A stretch of DNA of 64,000 nt from an uncultured bacterium (GTDB lineage Bacteria; Zhuqueibacterota; QNDG01; DSAB01). Under the pieces are notes generated by a model that made no database searches, was not told where the DNA came from, and worked only from the letters and a program-made list of their open reading frames with translations. The stretch lies in assembly GCA_964651045.1 (NCBI GenBank), contig CAZYVD010000002.1, positions 7,930-71,929 of the forward strand, read 5' to 3'. Shown here one piece after another: positions 41,501 to 50,320 of this stretch (its first letter is position 1; each line of letters opens with the position of its first letter). Made by a program: the position numbers and the translations under genes.

Positions 41501-41727
41501 GTAGAATCAAAGGAGGTTGAATATTTAAAAGAGCGTGGATATTTTATAGATAGAAGAGAAGGTGTCTGTGCAGTAGAAGGAACTCTTATTTTATCATGAT
41601 AGATTATGGGAGCGAAATTTGTCCACTTAAGAGTTGTCTTAAGCCCGATATCTGCTTTTAAGAAAAAGGTAGTGGTAAGGGCGATAAAGGGAAGAATCTT
41701 AAAAATTGTTTTTTTACAGGAGTTCAT
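35590..41727 (-). CDS. Giant (2045 aa) secreted outer-membrane protein. It is putatively the T9SS translocon SprA/Sov family, or otherwise a very large beta-barrel surface protein
   Basis: A single uninterrupted ORF carries an N-terminal signal peptide ('KILPFIALTTTFFLKADIG'). Alternating hydrophilic/hydrophobic beta-strand-like texture runs throughout with many Asn/Ser/Thr/Gly-rich turns. Size and composition fit SprA-family proteins of about 2000-2500 aa. A T9SS-CTD cargo protein in the same window shows the organism has a T9SS. Confidence 0.4.
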   Translation of the reverse strand: MNSCKKTIFKILPFIALTTTFFLKADIGLKTTLKWTNFAPIIYHDKIRVPSTAQTPSLLSIKYPRSFKYSTSFDSTGRLVTIRLQSNKLDILLPLHLSLQEYLKKRSTIETDRLWRKSVYENLKSMKIRRGGKGGITIKSPKIKSKTFKRMFGGENLSLIVNGNITIDGGLRNEKYDWVKDVTNRRPNTSFNMKQKQNFNITGKIGENVSIKVDQNSERTFEFENALKLEYKGDEDAIIQSLEAGNTTLNLPSTRFVTVNAQNSGLFGFKSKMKLGNLDITAIASMQKGEKKKKTFTGGKEKHTRKINDYEYKRWTYFFLDSLYRAQFPKLDSNGKHIIDPNKIITEIEVYKSDAYYETKKEGSFYAWATPRGDPNNPDTTKTSSEIYSGYFIRLEPNVDYFLMPLIGSIIMKMPLQDSEVLAVAYRDSSGKSYGTLISENPNSSSTPIFKLIKAKGPHPSYKTWNLEWKNVYDLGVGQITSEDFEEGFEINIYHKTGGSGNDEQAIKLNSGQTVGFLKIFGLDNKDKNGNDKSDNKIDDNPNIIDKTHGILIFPNLRPFDPDPLLDTTYPFPEEMNELRSPALYDTTVNNVIQRQSKFYIEVKSSKQSTTYDLGMNIIEGSETVTLNGRRLQKGTDYTIDYFTGTATILTEEASNPNAEIEINYESHQFVEIDKKALIGARAEYTLWENESNRSFIGGTFLYLSQQTLDRRIRLGQNGPMKNMIWDINGALHFKPDFLTSGLNLIPLLSVTGKSSVSVEGEIAQVIPNPNPLNNRATGDPDGVAYIDDFEGAIRKISLGKIRKNWGLCSQPLLKDSSKASLSTMGRLIWYNPKNAVYIKDIWPNKEISGLGDRNYIEVLTLDFTPVDTLDDKKVSWGGVQRSLSSGSWDHTESKFLEIWVKGERGRLHIDLGQISEDVIPNNKWDTEDKAPPGEFRDNNLTPNYNEDTGLDGAFGDDPPTLFYPHVSAKVKTTTKNGHSYVYCEPYDFWDINGDGEKSPDEPWSYDNFYYEHGSNNYELINGTENNERDGNIKKPDSEDLNGNGDVDLVNNYYELSFSLDLESEDRIYIAGGDTINKDGWRLYRLPLDDAEKFGTPSWSRIEFVRLWVDGVEQNTKITIAEINLTGNEWKFRGIKSELDSTYQQDDDSTMYISVVNTHDNPSYSPPPGVKGEFDPVKKIHSKEQSLVLGLRNLMPGEAAFAEKRFFKEQNFIHYKKLKMFVHGGGINSSLLESDSLEFVLQWGTDNENKIYYQAKLLKIYPGWDEEKKRNFIEVDFEELGVLKRDMVSLGQDSISKKITDNQTLSVYGQPSLTKIRWFMVGIKNKSNTPFTGEVWIDELRLSGIRKEKGLAMRVRADIKLGDFISINGEYNRKDADFHTINERFGGGSNSRQGNIYANINLHKFLPTEWGMSIPFSLNITKNTQTPKYFPGSDILVTDRTAPDSILKTIQTINKNQSFNISFSKKVKSKNPFLRYLVDPFSGRYSYTKNEMSSSQIASSLKKQRSGSIQYNLSFNNIKPLQPFKWLGTKGIFKNIASIKFYYLPKNLNIQMAGDDRDEHTLRREGLSDTVKTSFFNQKVSTSIQPFQALSLTYTKSRKSDMRGKHLPDYFSLDPGMARNKTQQFGTKFNPSLIKWLSTNFSYNANYSWQNNPSIKESGTSTRVNSDMMIRTSLNTAKMFQPGGRGKRTVRTRRRQPVTRKEPKKKEPKISEKKEKKGFSFASVFRIFGKVFKKIDPISITYQEKKSANHYGILNGADPSFAYTMGFNIEDPGVKFSDDATTQKSSLRYDKNMSLGTGFNVTSRISVKLDYKYSRTNTQSTQNTTNISKSFLVLNPEARNKGIPIPNWTIQWNGLEKLPLLSKITRSVSLNHSFSGKNSISKKGNSITNQTLSRDFRPFIQFTMTFKNGLTTTIRVNTSQAISITVQNPSTIQKTSSFDLTITARHTIKGGFRLPLLNKRIENNINFNLSFSNKHNKTRRKPEGGRYTTMMETKSWSFQPKIDYTFSKSVTGGISFLIGKEFRLNQGTKTITDFSIHANIKLSSI

Positions 41728-41792
41728 CGTCTCTTCTGTTACAAGGTTTCCTTTTTTGAAAATTTAATTACTAAAACTGTAACAAAGAGACG
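41728..41792 (-). promoter_or_regulatory. 16-bp inverted repeat (CGTCTCTTCTGTTACA ... CTGTAACAAAGAGACG, 33-nt loop) abutting the start codon of the giant gene. It is a candidate 5'-UTR stem-loop or operator
   Basis: The arms at 41728-41743 and 41777-41792 show 15/16 complementarity. In the minus-strand mRNA the stem would end 1 nt before the AUG, and the loop contains AAAAAGGAAAC, which is SD-like. Confidence 0.4.
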
Positions 41793-41952
41793 ATAGGCAG
41801 CTCCTTTCTATTTAACACTCAACTTCAAATAAAATAATAAATTTATGTTTAAATTGCAACAAGAAAAAAATTGTCCTGTTGTTTAAAATCTATTTGCAAA
41901 AATCGAGCCAGTTCAATATATTATAAATGATTAAAATTTTACGAAACATAGA

Positions 41953-43347
41953 ATGTTAATTGTTACAAGATATATTCTTAAAGAACATCTGAGCCCCTTT
42001 TTTTCTGGTCTGGCCACTATTACATTTGTGTTTGTACTGAATCTGCTTTTCAGGGAGCTGGGCCGGCTCCTTGGCAAGGGGCTTGCAATTTCTGTAATCC
42101 TTGAGTTTTTTATTCTGAACCTTGCATGGATATTGGCACTTGCAGTACCAATGGCGGTTCTCATTGCAACTCTCATGGCATTTGGCAGGCTTTCTGGGGA
42201 CAACGAAATTGTGGCCTTAAAGGCAAGTGGCGTTAATCTTTATCGCCTGATCATTCCTGTGGCAATAGCAGCAGTATTTGTAGCAATAGGCCTGGAAAGA
42301 TTTAACAACTGTGTCTTACCAGATGCAAACCACAGGGTTCGACTTCTATCAAGAGATATTAGAAAAAAGAGGCCGACCATTGCCATAGAACCACATGTTT
42401 TTTTTGATGAGATACCAGATTACAGTCTCATGGTTTATGATATAAAAAAGATTGGAGGAGAGGATATTTTAAAGGGGGTTATTATTCACGACAGAAGCGA
42501 GAAGGGAAAGAGGAGGACTATACTTGCAGAAAAGGGGAAAATGGAGTATTTAAGCTCTCCAGAAGGCTTGAAGTTTATCCTGTTCAATGGAGAGGTGCAT
42601 GAGGTTGACGATAAGGATTTTGAGAACTATCAGCGTTCGATATTTGAGAGACAGGTAATTTTTATCCCTGTGTCCAACATTGAATTAAAGAGGACAAGTA
42701 GAGGCCGTAGAGGCGAGAGAGAGAAGAGCGCCTCAATGATGAGGGATGATATAAAGAGGAATCTGAAGGCAATTAAAAATAGTGAGGAGCAGATACGCCA
42801 GGCCGTTAGATATGATTTGGCTACAATATTTCCTGATGAGTATATAGATTTGATAAAAAGGGGGAGGGAAGATGTCAACCTTTTTTATGCTAAATTGTAT
42901 TCTAAGAGGAAGCAGGATCCGTCCATTCGTATCAGTAGAATGATAGATCAGATACAGGGATTAAAAAGGATCATAAATGGATACAGACGTTCAAACAATG
43001 CCCTATGGGTTGAGATACACAAGAAATATTCAATACCATTTGCATGCATTGTCTTTGTGTTTATTGGGGCACCTCTTGGTATAATGGCAAGACAGGGGGG
43101 ACTTGCCATAGGAGGAGGCATGAGCCTTGTATTCTTTTTGATTTACTGGACATTTCTTATTGGAGGAGAGCAGCTTGCAGATAGAATGATAATAAGACCT
43201 GCCACGGCTATGTGGTCCCCCAATGTGCTTGTTGGAACCCTGGGTATCTATTTAGTAATCAAGACGGTTAGAGAGACTACATTTATTAAACTCGACAGGT
43301 TGAGACAGATTTTATCGAGTCTTTACAGAAGGAAAAGTAAATGTTGA
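41953..43347 (+). CDS. LptF/LptG-family permease (YjgP/YjgQ)
   Basis: 'MLIVTRYILKEHLSPFFSGLATITFVFVLNLLFRELG' is the canonical LptF/G N-terminus. Six TM helices and a central periplasmic domain are present. Confidence 0.8.
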   Translation: MLIVTRYILKEHLSPFFSGLATITFVFVLNLLFRELGRLLGKGLAISVILEFFILNLAWILALAVPMAVLIATLMAFGRLSGDNEIVALKASGVNLYRLIIPVAIAAVFVAIGLERFNNCVLPDANHRVRLLSRDIRKKRPTIAIEPHVFFDEIPDYSLMVYDIKKIGGEDILKGVIIHDRSEKGKRRTILAEKGKMEYLSSPEGLKFILFNGEVHEVDDKDFENYQRSIFERQVIFIPVSNIELKRTSRGRRGEREKSASMMRDDIKRNLKAIKNSEEQIRQAVRYDLATIFPDEYIDLIKRGREDVNLFYAKLYSKRKQDPSIRISRMIDQIQGLKRIINGYRRSNNALWVEIHKKYSIPFACIVFVFIGAPLGIMARQGGLAIGGGMSLVFFLIYWTFLIGGEQLADRMIIRPATAMWSPNVLVGTLGIYLVIKTVRETTFIKLDRLRQILSSLYRRKSKC

Positions 43348-44420
43348 GAATACTGCCTCGATATATTAGGAGCCGCTTCATTGGAATCTTTCTATATTGT
43401 TTGCTGAGTGTTATTATAATATTTACCGTGGTTGACCTGGTTGAAAACTTAGACCAGTTTCTAGACAGAGATGTTCCAACAAGGATAGTATTTCTCTACT
43501 ATCTCTACTACACTCCATACAATATAGTACTAACACTTCCGGTTGCAACTCTTCTTGCCAGTGTTTTTTCTATAGGAACTCTGGCAAGACACAATGAAAC
43601 CATAGCAATGAAGGCCTTGGGATACAGCCTTTACAGGGTAATTAGAACTCTTCTTGGCATGGGACTGCTTATCAGCCTCTTCTCCTTTATGTTGGCAGAA
43701 GGAGTAGTAATCAAGGCAAACAGGAGAAAGGAAGATATTCAGGACACATATCTGCGAAACAGGATGTCTAGGGAATATACAAGAATAAGAAACATAGAGA
43801 TTCAAGAGCCACCAGACAGGATAATTACCATAAAATATTTTGATGCGAAAAGAAATATTGCCTATGGTGTTGAGATAAAAAGATACAGAAACAACAGATT
43901 AATATCAAGAATAGATGCTCCTTCTATGAGGTGGGATAAGGGAGAGTGGGTTGTGTCAAAGGGATATAGGAGAGAATTTAAAGATGAAAATGAGAAGGCA
44001 AGCATAATCGATAGTGAAGAGAGGTTTGATTTTCATATAACGCCAAAAGAGTTGATGCAGGCCCAGCTCAAGCCTGATGAGATGACAGTTGGTGAGCTTG
44101 TAGATTTTATTAAAAAGGTAAAGATTTCGGGTGGGGAAGTTCATAAATGGAAGACCGATTTGTATTTGAGATTTTCATATCCATTAACGAATTTGATAAT
44201 TGTACTCTTTAGTGTTCCGCTTGCGTACAATAGAAGAAGAAACAGTGTGGCAATGGGATTTGGCATAGCACTCACTGTATGTTTTTTTTATTTTGGTCTT
44301 GTAAAGATGGGACAGACAATTGGGCACAAGGGCGGTATGGATCCCATGTGTGCAGCATGGCTTGGTAATGGAATAATGGGTATTGGTGGAGTCATAAATT
44401 TGATCAAAACAAGGAAATGA
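43341..44420 (+). CDS. LptF/LptG-family permease (second paralog)
   Basis: 'MLRILPRYIRSRFIGIFLYCLLSVIIIFTVVDLVENLDQF' is the YjgP/YjgQ signature. It overlaps the upstream paralog by 7 bp. Confidence 0.8.
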   Translation: MLRILPRYIRSRFIGIFLYCLLSVIIIFTVVDLVENLDQFLDRDVPTRIVFLYYLYYTPYNIVLTLPVATLLASVFSIGTLARHNETIAMKALGYSLYRVIRTLLGMGLLISLFSFMLAEGVVIKANRRKEDIQDTYLRNRMSREYTRIRNIEIQEPPDRIITIKYFDAKRNIAYGVEIKRYRNNRLISRIDAPSMRWDKGEWVVSKGYRREFKDENEKASIIDSEERFDFHITPKELMQAQLKPDEMTVGELVDFIKKVKISGGEVHKWKTDLYLRFSYPLTNLIIVLFSVPLAYNRRRNSVAMGFGIALTVCFFYFGLVKMGQTIGHKGGMDPMCAAWLGNGIMGIGGVINLIKTRK

Positions 44421-44493
44421 CTTGACATTTTGGAATAAAAAGTTATTTTAATGTAGCTTAAAGGGTATAAAATTTAAGGAGAATTTATTAGTA

Positions 44494-44640
44494 ATGAAGA
44501 GAACATATCAACCAAGCAATAGAAAAAGAAGAAACAAACATGGTTTTAGGGCAAGGATGTCTTCCAAGTCAGGACGATTAATTCTAAAGAGGCGCAGGGC
44601 AAAGGGGCGTAAGCGATTAACAGTAAGCGATGAACGGTAA
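44494..44640 (+). CDS. rpmH: 50S ribosomal protein L34
   Basis: Manual translation gives [48 protein letters not shown], near-identical to bacterial L34. It is below the 60-aa cutoff of the ORF track. Confidence 0.9.
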   Translation: MKRTYQPSNRKRRNKHGFRARMSSKSGRLILKRRRAKGRKRLTVSDER

Positions 44641-44983
44641 GATGTTTCCTGATCAGCGCCTGCCAAAGAGCGAGATAATAAGGAAGAGAAAAGATTTTAA
44701 AGAAACATTACAGGATGGCAAGAGGTGGAGCGGAAGGTATCTGTCAATTTTTTATAAAGAGTCGGATGTAAGACAGGTTGCTTTTTCAGTCCCACGACGT
44801 GTTGGTAAGGCTGTAAAGAGGAATAGAATAAAAAGATTGATGAGAGAAGTTTATAGAAGACACAAGTACGAAATTGGCAGATTGAAATTAATTTTAGTAG
44901 CAAAAAATAGTGCTGTGAATGCAAACTTTTTAGAGATAGAGAAGGAGATCGAGAAGTTTATTCAGACCAAAGCGGATATGTAA
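44630..44983 (+). CDS. rnpA: Ribonuclease P protein component
   Basis: '[33 protein letters not shown]...[25 protein letters not shown]' matches RnpA. The true start may be the in-frame ATG at 44642, just after the rpmH stop. Confidence 0.85.
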   Translation: MNGKMFPDQRLPKSEIIRKRKDFKETLQDGKRWSGRYLSIFYKESDVRQVAFSVPRRVGKAVKRNRIKRLMREVYRRHKYEIGRLKLILVAKNSAVNANFLEIEKEIEKFIQTKADM

Positions 44984-45199
44984 ATGATATTTAAAGAGTT
45001 ATCCATAAAAGCTATTAAATTTTATAAGAAGTGGATATCTCCAGGGCTTCCATCGAGCTGCAGGTTCTATCCTACTTGCTCGGACTATACTGTCCAAGCC
45101 ATTGAAAAATATGGCTTTATGAAGGGTTTGTTTTTGGGTTTAAAAAGGATTCTACGCTGTCATCCGTTTAATCCCGGGGGTTATGATCCTTTACAATAA
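44984..45199 (+). CDS. yidD: Membrane protein insertion efficiency factor YidD
   Basis: 'WISPGLPSSCRFYPTCSDYTVQAIEKYGFMKGLFLGLKRILRCHPFNPGGYDP' is the YidD signature. Confidence 0.9.
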   Translation: MIFKELSIKAIKFYKKWISPGLPSSCRFYPTCSDYTVQAIEKYGFMKGLFLGLKRILRCHPFNPGGYDPLQ

Positions 45200-45221
45200 G
45201 AAATAATATAAGGAAAATAGT

Positions 45222-46871
45222 ATGGATAAGAATACAATAATAGCTTTTATCCTGATAGGAGTGATTCTTTTGTTATGGCCTATCTATATGAAAAAGGTTG
45301 TAGGAGTAAAAGAGAATACTCCTGAGAATGTAAATAAGATAGCCGCACAATCAGATAGTGTGGAAGGACAAGGTGCAGGGAGAGAAGAAAAGATCATTGC
45401 ACCAGAGAAGAACAAGAGAGTAAAAGAGAATATAGGCCAGGGCAGCCTCATAAGACTCCAATCATCCAGAAAGCCAGATACTATAAAAGTAAGCACAGAT
45501 ATTTTCGAGGGCAAAATATCTTCGCAGGGAGGAGGAACAATTGTTAGCTGGAAACTGAAGGAGTTTTATCTTCCAGAGGGAAAGGAGAGGTCCAAGGAGT
45601 TTGTTGAGTTGATTCCAGACTCTGCTGTTGGGAATCTGAGCATTATTGCAGGTGTTGATATGAGCAGGCTAGTTTTTGATGTGAAGTATGATACGATGGG
45701 AGAGGATAAAAGATATATATTTTCATACAGGTTTAAGGATGGAAAGAAAGTTGAAAAAGAGTTTATCATTCGGCCTGATAGTTATATAATTAATATGATA
45801 ATAAGACTCTCCTCATTCAATCAGTCAGATGTGGGAGACAGATATTCACTTCAATGGAGGTCTGGTCTTGAGTTTACAGAAAACGAGAGGAATAGAAAAA
45901 GAAATTTAAATTACTATCAGGCATGGGCACTCCAGGGAGGAGATGAAGTTCTTAAAACACGACTGAAGAATACAGGTGTGCAGGAGGGAATTACTAACTG
46001 GGCAGCAGTCAGAACAAAATATTTTTTAATGGCAATGATTCCCAAAAAACCTTTAGGAAAGGCTGTCAGGCTAAGCGGAAGGAAAGTTGATAATAATAAG
46101 TGGAAGAGTTTTGACATAAGGATCGACATGCCGTTTGAAGGCAAAGAGATAGAAACGTCTGAATTTATGATCTATCTTGGGCCAATGGAATACAAGCATT
46201 TAAAGGATGTAGGGGTTGGCCTTGAAAAGATGATGAACTTTGGCTGGGCGATAATAAAACCCTTCAGCATAGCCTTTTTCTATACGTTCAGATTCCTGTA
46301 TAAAATTATTGGTGATTATGGATGGGCAATAATAATATTTGCAATACTGATAAAGATAATCCTTTATCCTCTGACCCGTAAGAGTTATAAATCTATGAAG
46401 CAGATGCAGGAGCTCCAGCCACAGATAAATGCACTGAGAGAGAAATATAAAGATGATCCCCAGAGGTTGAATCAGGAGACCATGAAGCTATATAAGAAAC
46501 ATGGCGTAAATCCGATGGGTGGGTGTTTGCCGCTACTTCTACAGATGCCTGTATTGTTTGCGCTTTTCAATCTTTTCAGGACAACAATCATGCTGCGTCA
46601 GGCAGGATTTCTTGGACTGATCAAAGATCTCTCTTCTCCCGATCAGATATTAGGACCAGGAATAAACCTGTTGCCAATATTAATGGGAATAACGATGATC
46701 ATCCAGCAGAGGCTTTCGACACAGAATCCACAGCAAAAGGCAATGGCATTTTTCATGCCGATCTTTTTCCTGTTTATTTTTTATAGTCTTTCGGCAGGAT
46801 TGAACCTATACTATCTGACATTCAATATTCTGACAATAGCACAGGAGCTGGTTATCAAGAAACACAAATAG
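45222..46871 (+). CDS. yidC: Membrane protein insertase YidC
   Basis: An N-terminal TM is followed by a large periplasmic domain and a conserved C-terminal core ('YGWAIIIFAILIKIILYPLTRKSYKSMKQMQELQPQINALREKYKDDPQRLNQETMKLYKKHGVNPMGGCLPLLLQMPVLFALF'). Confidence 0.9.
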   Translation: MDKNTIIAFILIGVILLLWPIYMKKVVGVKENTPENVNKIAAQSDSVEGQGAGREEKIIAPEKNKRVKENIGQGSLIRLQSSRKPDTIKVSTDIFEGKISSQGGGTIVSWKLKEFYLPEGKERSKEFVELIPDSAVGNLSIIAGVDMSRLVFDVKYDTMGEDKRYIFSYRFKDGKKVEKEFIIRPDSYIINMIIRLSSFNQSDVGDRYSLQWRSGLEFTENERNRKRNLNYYQAWALQGGDEVLKTRLKNTGVQEGITNWAAVRTKYFLMAMIPKKPLGKAVRLSGRKVDNNKWKSFDIRIDMPFEGKEIETSEFMIYLGPMEYKHLKDVGVGLEKMMNFGWAIIKPFSIAFFYTFRFLYKIIGDYGWAIIIFAILIKIILYPLTRKSYKSMKQMQELQPQINALREKYKDDPQRLNQETMKLYKKHGVNPMGGCLPLLLQMPVLFALFNLFRTTIMLRQAGFLGLIKDLSSPDQILGPGINLLPILMGITMIIQQRLSTQNPQQKAMAFFMPIFFLFIFYSLSAGLNLYYLTFNILTIAQELVIKKHK

Positions 46872-46913
46872 ATATGGCTGTTTTTAGCTGGACATAAAAT
46901 TAATGAAAATTAC

Positions 46914-46953
46914 ATCTGCCCCATCGATTCTCACTTAAAAGATGGGGCGTTTT
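46914..46953 (+). terminator. Rho-independent terminator after yidC (GCCCCATC-gattctcacttaaaa-GATGGGGC + GTTTTATT)
   Basis: An 8-bp GC-rich stem plus a T-rich tail is seen directly in the sequence. Confidence 0.6.
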
Positions 46954-46954
46954 A

Positions 46955-48349
46955 TTGGAAAACATGATAACAAGACAGGAAGATACAATAGCAGCTATTT
47001 CTACTCCTCCGGGAGAGGGGGGAATAGCAATTGTTCGTATGAGCGGGAACAAGGCAGTTTCAATTGCAAGGAAGATTTTCAGCAGCAGGGAGCCTCTGGG
47101 ATCGCTTAAAGGCAAAAGAGCGTATCATGGCTGGATTGTAGATAATGGAGCCAGAATAGATGAAGTTGTGGTAACATTTTTTCTTGCACCAGATTCATAT
47201 ACGGGTGAGGATGTAGTGGAGATTAGCTGTCATGGTGGATATTTTGTAACCAGGCGTATTTTAGAATTGATAGTAAAAAGGGGAGCAAGAATAGCCGATC
47301 CAGGCGAGTTTACTAAGAGAAGATTTATAAATGGAAAGATCGATCTATCACAGGCCGAGGCAACAGCCGACATAATAAATGCAAAGACAGAAGCAGCACA
47401 CAGGGCTGCAGTGTCGCAGTTAAGCGGCGAGTTATACAGAAGAGTGAAAAAGATGTGTGATGATCTTATTAATATTTGTTCTCTGCTGGAGCTGGAGCTT
47501 GATTTTTGTGAAGAAGAGATAGAGTTTGAACCTCATAGCAAACAGCTGGAGAGAATTCTCTCAATCGAGAATGAGATGAAAGATCTTTTAAGCAGTTACG
47601 AAAGAGGCAGGATATGTCGTGATGGAGTGAAGATGGCAATAATTGGAAGAACGAATGTCGGGAAATCGAGTCTTCTTAATGCTATTGTAGAGAAGGAGAG
47701 AGCAATAGTTACAGATGTGCCAGGAACAACAAGAGACACATTAGATGAGATCTTAGACATAGAAGGAGTGTTGTTTAGGGTTACAGACACTGCAGGAATA
47801 AGAGAGACAGACGATCCTGTAGAGAGAGAGGGAGTGGAGCGCTCCATTAAGGCCTTTGAAGAGGCAGATGTTGTGCTGGCCGTTTTCGATGGAAGCGAGC
47901 CTCTTAAACCAGAAGATAGATTCATAATCGATCTGCTGGTGTCGAAGAAAAAAAGAACATTTTTGATAATAAATAAAATAGATCTTAAATTGAAAATCGA
48001 AGAGAGCGAGTTGAGGAGAACAGACTACAACATGGAAATTGTAAGGGTTTCTGCATTGAAAAAAACGGGAATAGATAAACTGATAAAGAAAATAAGAAGA
48101 AACCTTTTTTTTCAAGAAGGCGGTGTTGATGAAGAGGTGCTTCTTACCAATGTCAGGCACAGGGAGTCAATATTAAAGGCGATTTCCCATATTAAGACTG
48201 CACGGGAGACTATTGAGAAGGGGCTTTCACAGGAGTTTGTTGTGCTTGACCTGCGGGGAGCATTGGATTCTCTTGGCGAGATTACAGGAAAGACTACAAC
48301 AGATGATATATTGAATAGAATCTTTTCCGAGTTTTGTATTGGTAAATAG
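46955..48349 (+). CDS. mnmE: tRNA modification GTPase MnmE (TrmE)
   Basis: Motifs are 'DTIAAISTPPGEGGIAIVRMSG', the G-domain 'IIGRTNVGKSSLLNAI' and 'DTAGIRET', and the C-terminal 'CIGK'. The ORF track uses a TTG at 46955, but the likely real start is the ATG at 46964. Confidence 0.9.
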   Translation: MENMITRQEDTIAAISTPPGEGGIAIVRMSGNKAVSIARKIFSSREPLGSLKGKRAYHGWIVDNGARIDEVVVTFFLAPDSYTGEDVVEISCHGGYFVTRRILELIVKRGARIADPGEFTKRRFINGKIDLSQAEATADIINAKTEAAHRAAVSQLSGELYRRVKKMCDDLINICSLLELELDFCEEEIEFEPHSKQLERILSIENEMKDLLSSYERGRICRDGVKMAIIGRTNVGKSSLLNAIVEKERAIVTDVPGTTRDTLDEILDIEGVLFRVTDTAGIRETDDPVEREGVERSIKAFEEADVVLAVFDGSEPLKPEDRFIIDLLVSKKKRTFLIINKIDLKLKIEESELRRTDYNMEIVRVSALKKTGIDKLIKKIRRNLFFQEGGVDEEVLLTNVRHRESILKAISHIKTARETIEKGLSQEFVVLDLRGALDSLGEITGKTTTDDILNRIFSEFCIGK

Positions 48350-48391
48350 TGTTTCACGTGGAACGTTAAAAACTGGATCGAGAAAGTTAAA

Positions 48392-50320
48392 ATGAAAGAT
48401 AGCGACTATGATGTGATAGTTGTTGGAGGGGGACATGCAGGATGTGAAGCAGCACTGGCATCTGCGAGGATGGGAGCAAGAACCCTGATGGTAACCATGA
48501 ACATACCGACAATAGCCCAGATGTCATGCAATCCTGCAATCGGTGGTCCAGCAAAGGGCAATCTTGTGAAAGAGATAGATGCCCTTGGTGGCGAGATGGG
48601 TTTGGCAATAGACCAGACAGGAATCCAGTTTCGGATGCTGAATGTTTCAAAAGGACCGGCTGTCTGGGCACCAAGGGCGCAGGCAGATAGATTAGAGTAT
48701 TCAACAAGAATGCGATTTGCCCTCGAGTCACAGGAAGGGCTGTCGATATTTCAGGCAGCAGTTGTTGGAGTATGGAAAGCGGACAAAGCCGTAGGAGGTG
48801 TGATAGTCGATAGCGGAAGGAAGATTTCCGCAAGAGCAGTAATACTTGCGTGCGGTACTTTTTTAAATGGCCTTATTCATATCGGATTGAAGAGCTTTCC
48901 TGCTGGAAGGGCGGGTGAGTTTGCAGCAAGAGGTTTGAGTGAGTCTCTTGTATCCCTTGGCTTCAAGGTTGGAAGATTAAAAACAGGTACTCCGCCCAGG
49001 GTTGACGGTAAGACAGTAGATTTTTCGAAGATGGAGATACAGAACGGCGATCTCAATCCGAGGCCCTTTTCATATAGAACCAGGGCTATCAGCACAGAGC
49101 AGATACCTGTATTTCTCACAAAGACAAATCCGTTAACACACGAGATTTTACGATCTGGACTAGACAGGTCTCCACTTTATACAGGCAAGATTGTTGGTAT
49201 AGGTCCAAGATATTGTCCTTCGATCGAGGATAAGATTGTAAGATTTAAGGAGAGGGATCATCATCAGATATTTCTTGAGCCAGAGGGAAGAAGGACCCAT
49301 GAGTACTATGTCAATGGTTTTGCTACAAGCCTGCCGGAGGATATTCAATTGAAGGCTTTGAAGACCATTCCTGGTTTTAAAGATGTTGAGGTTACAAGGC
49401 TTGGATATGCTATTGAATACGATTTTTTCCCTCCAACTCAGATAAAGCCAAGTCTGGAAACAAAGATGGTAGAGGGACTGTTCTTTGCGGGTCAAATAAA
49501 TGGAACCTCTGGTTATGAAGAGGCTGCTGCACAAGGTCTTATGGCAGGAATAAATGCAGTACGAAAGATTCGCGGAGAAGAACCCGTAATAATTGATAGG
49601 TCAGAGGCCTATATAGGTGTGCTGATCGATGATCTAGTGACAAAGGGGACAGAAGAGCCGTATAGGCTCTTTACATCCAGAGCAGAATATCGCCTTCTTC
49701 TTCGACAGGACAATGCTGACCGAAGATTGATGAAACATGGATACAAACTTGGACTGATTCCTGAGAGTTTGATGTCCAGGCTCGAGAAAAAAGAGAAATT
49801 GATATCAAGCCTGATAGAGGGTCTGAAGAGAGTTAAACCAGATGTTGATGTAATTAATCGGATATTGATTGAAAACAATACTGAACCATTGAAATCTCCT
49901 CAGAACCTTTATAGTCTGTTGAAGCGGCCACAATTGAACCTTTCATGTCTGAGGAAAATTCCAGAAATGGAAAATATGCTTAACGATCTGGGCGATCTAA
50001 AGAATGAAGTGGTTGAACAGGTTGAGATTGAGATTAAATATGAAGGTTATTTTAGGCGCCAAAAAGAGCAGGTGAAGAGATTTTTGCTTCTTGAGAAGAA
50101 GCGTCTTCCACAATCTATTGAGTATAAGAAAATAGAGGGTCTGTCTCTAGAGGCAAGAGAGAAGCTTTCTGCTATCAGGCCAGTATCGCTCGGTCAGGCA
50201 GCAAGAATATCGGGTGTTTCGCCAGCAGACATAGCCATTCTTTCCATGATGATAGCAAGAGGAATTCTTGAGGGAGATGTTCCACGTGGAACAGATCGGT
50301 CTATTAAAAAAGGCTCTTGA
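48392..50320 (+). CDS. mnmG: tRNA uridine 5-carboxymethylaminomethyl modification enzyme MnmG (GidA)
   Basis: It has the FAD motif 'YDVIVVGGGHAGCEAALASARMGARTLM', a length of 642 aa and a conserved C-terminal domain. Confidence 0.95.
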   Translation: MKDSDYDVIVVGGGHAGCEAALASARMGARTLMVTMNIPTIAQMSCNPAIGGPAKGNLVKEIDALGGEMGLAIDQTGIQFRMLNVSKGPAVWAPRAQADRLEYSTRMRFALESQEGLSIFQAAVVGVWKADKAVGGVIVDSGRKISARAVILACGTFLNGLIHIGLKSFPAGRAGEFAARGLSESLVSLGFKVGRLKTGTPPRVDGKTVDFSKMEIQNGDLNPRPFSYRTRAISTEQIPVFLTKTNPLTHEILRSGLDRSPLYTGKIVGIGPRYCPSIEDKIVRFKERDHHQIFLEPEGRRTHEYYVNGFATSLPEDIQLKALKTIPGFKDVEVTRLGYAIEYDFFPPTQIKPSLETKMVEGLFFAGQINGTSGYEEAAAQGLMAGINAVRKIRGEEPVIIDRSEAYIGVLIDDLVTKGTEEPYRLFTSRAEYRLLLRQDNADRRLMKHGYKLGLIPESLMSRLEKKEKLISSLIEGLKRVKPDVDVINRILIENNTEPLKSPQNLYSLLKRPQLNLSCLRKIPEMENMLNDLGDLKNEVVEQVEIEIKYEGYFRRQKEQVKRFLLLEKKRLPQSIEYKKIEGLSLEAREKLSAIRPVSLGQAARISGVSPADIAILSMMIARGILEGDVPRGTDRSIKKGS

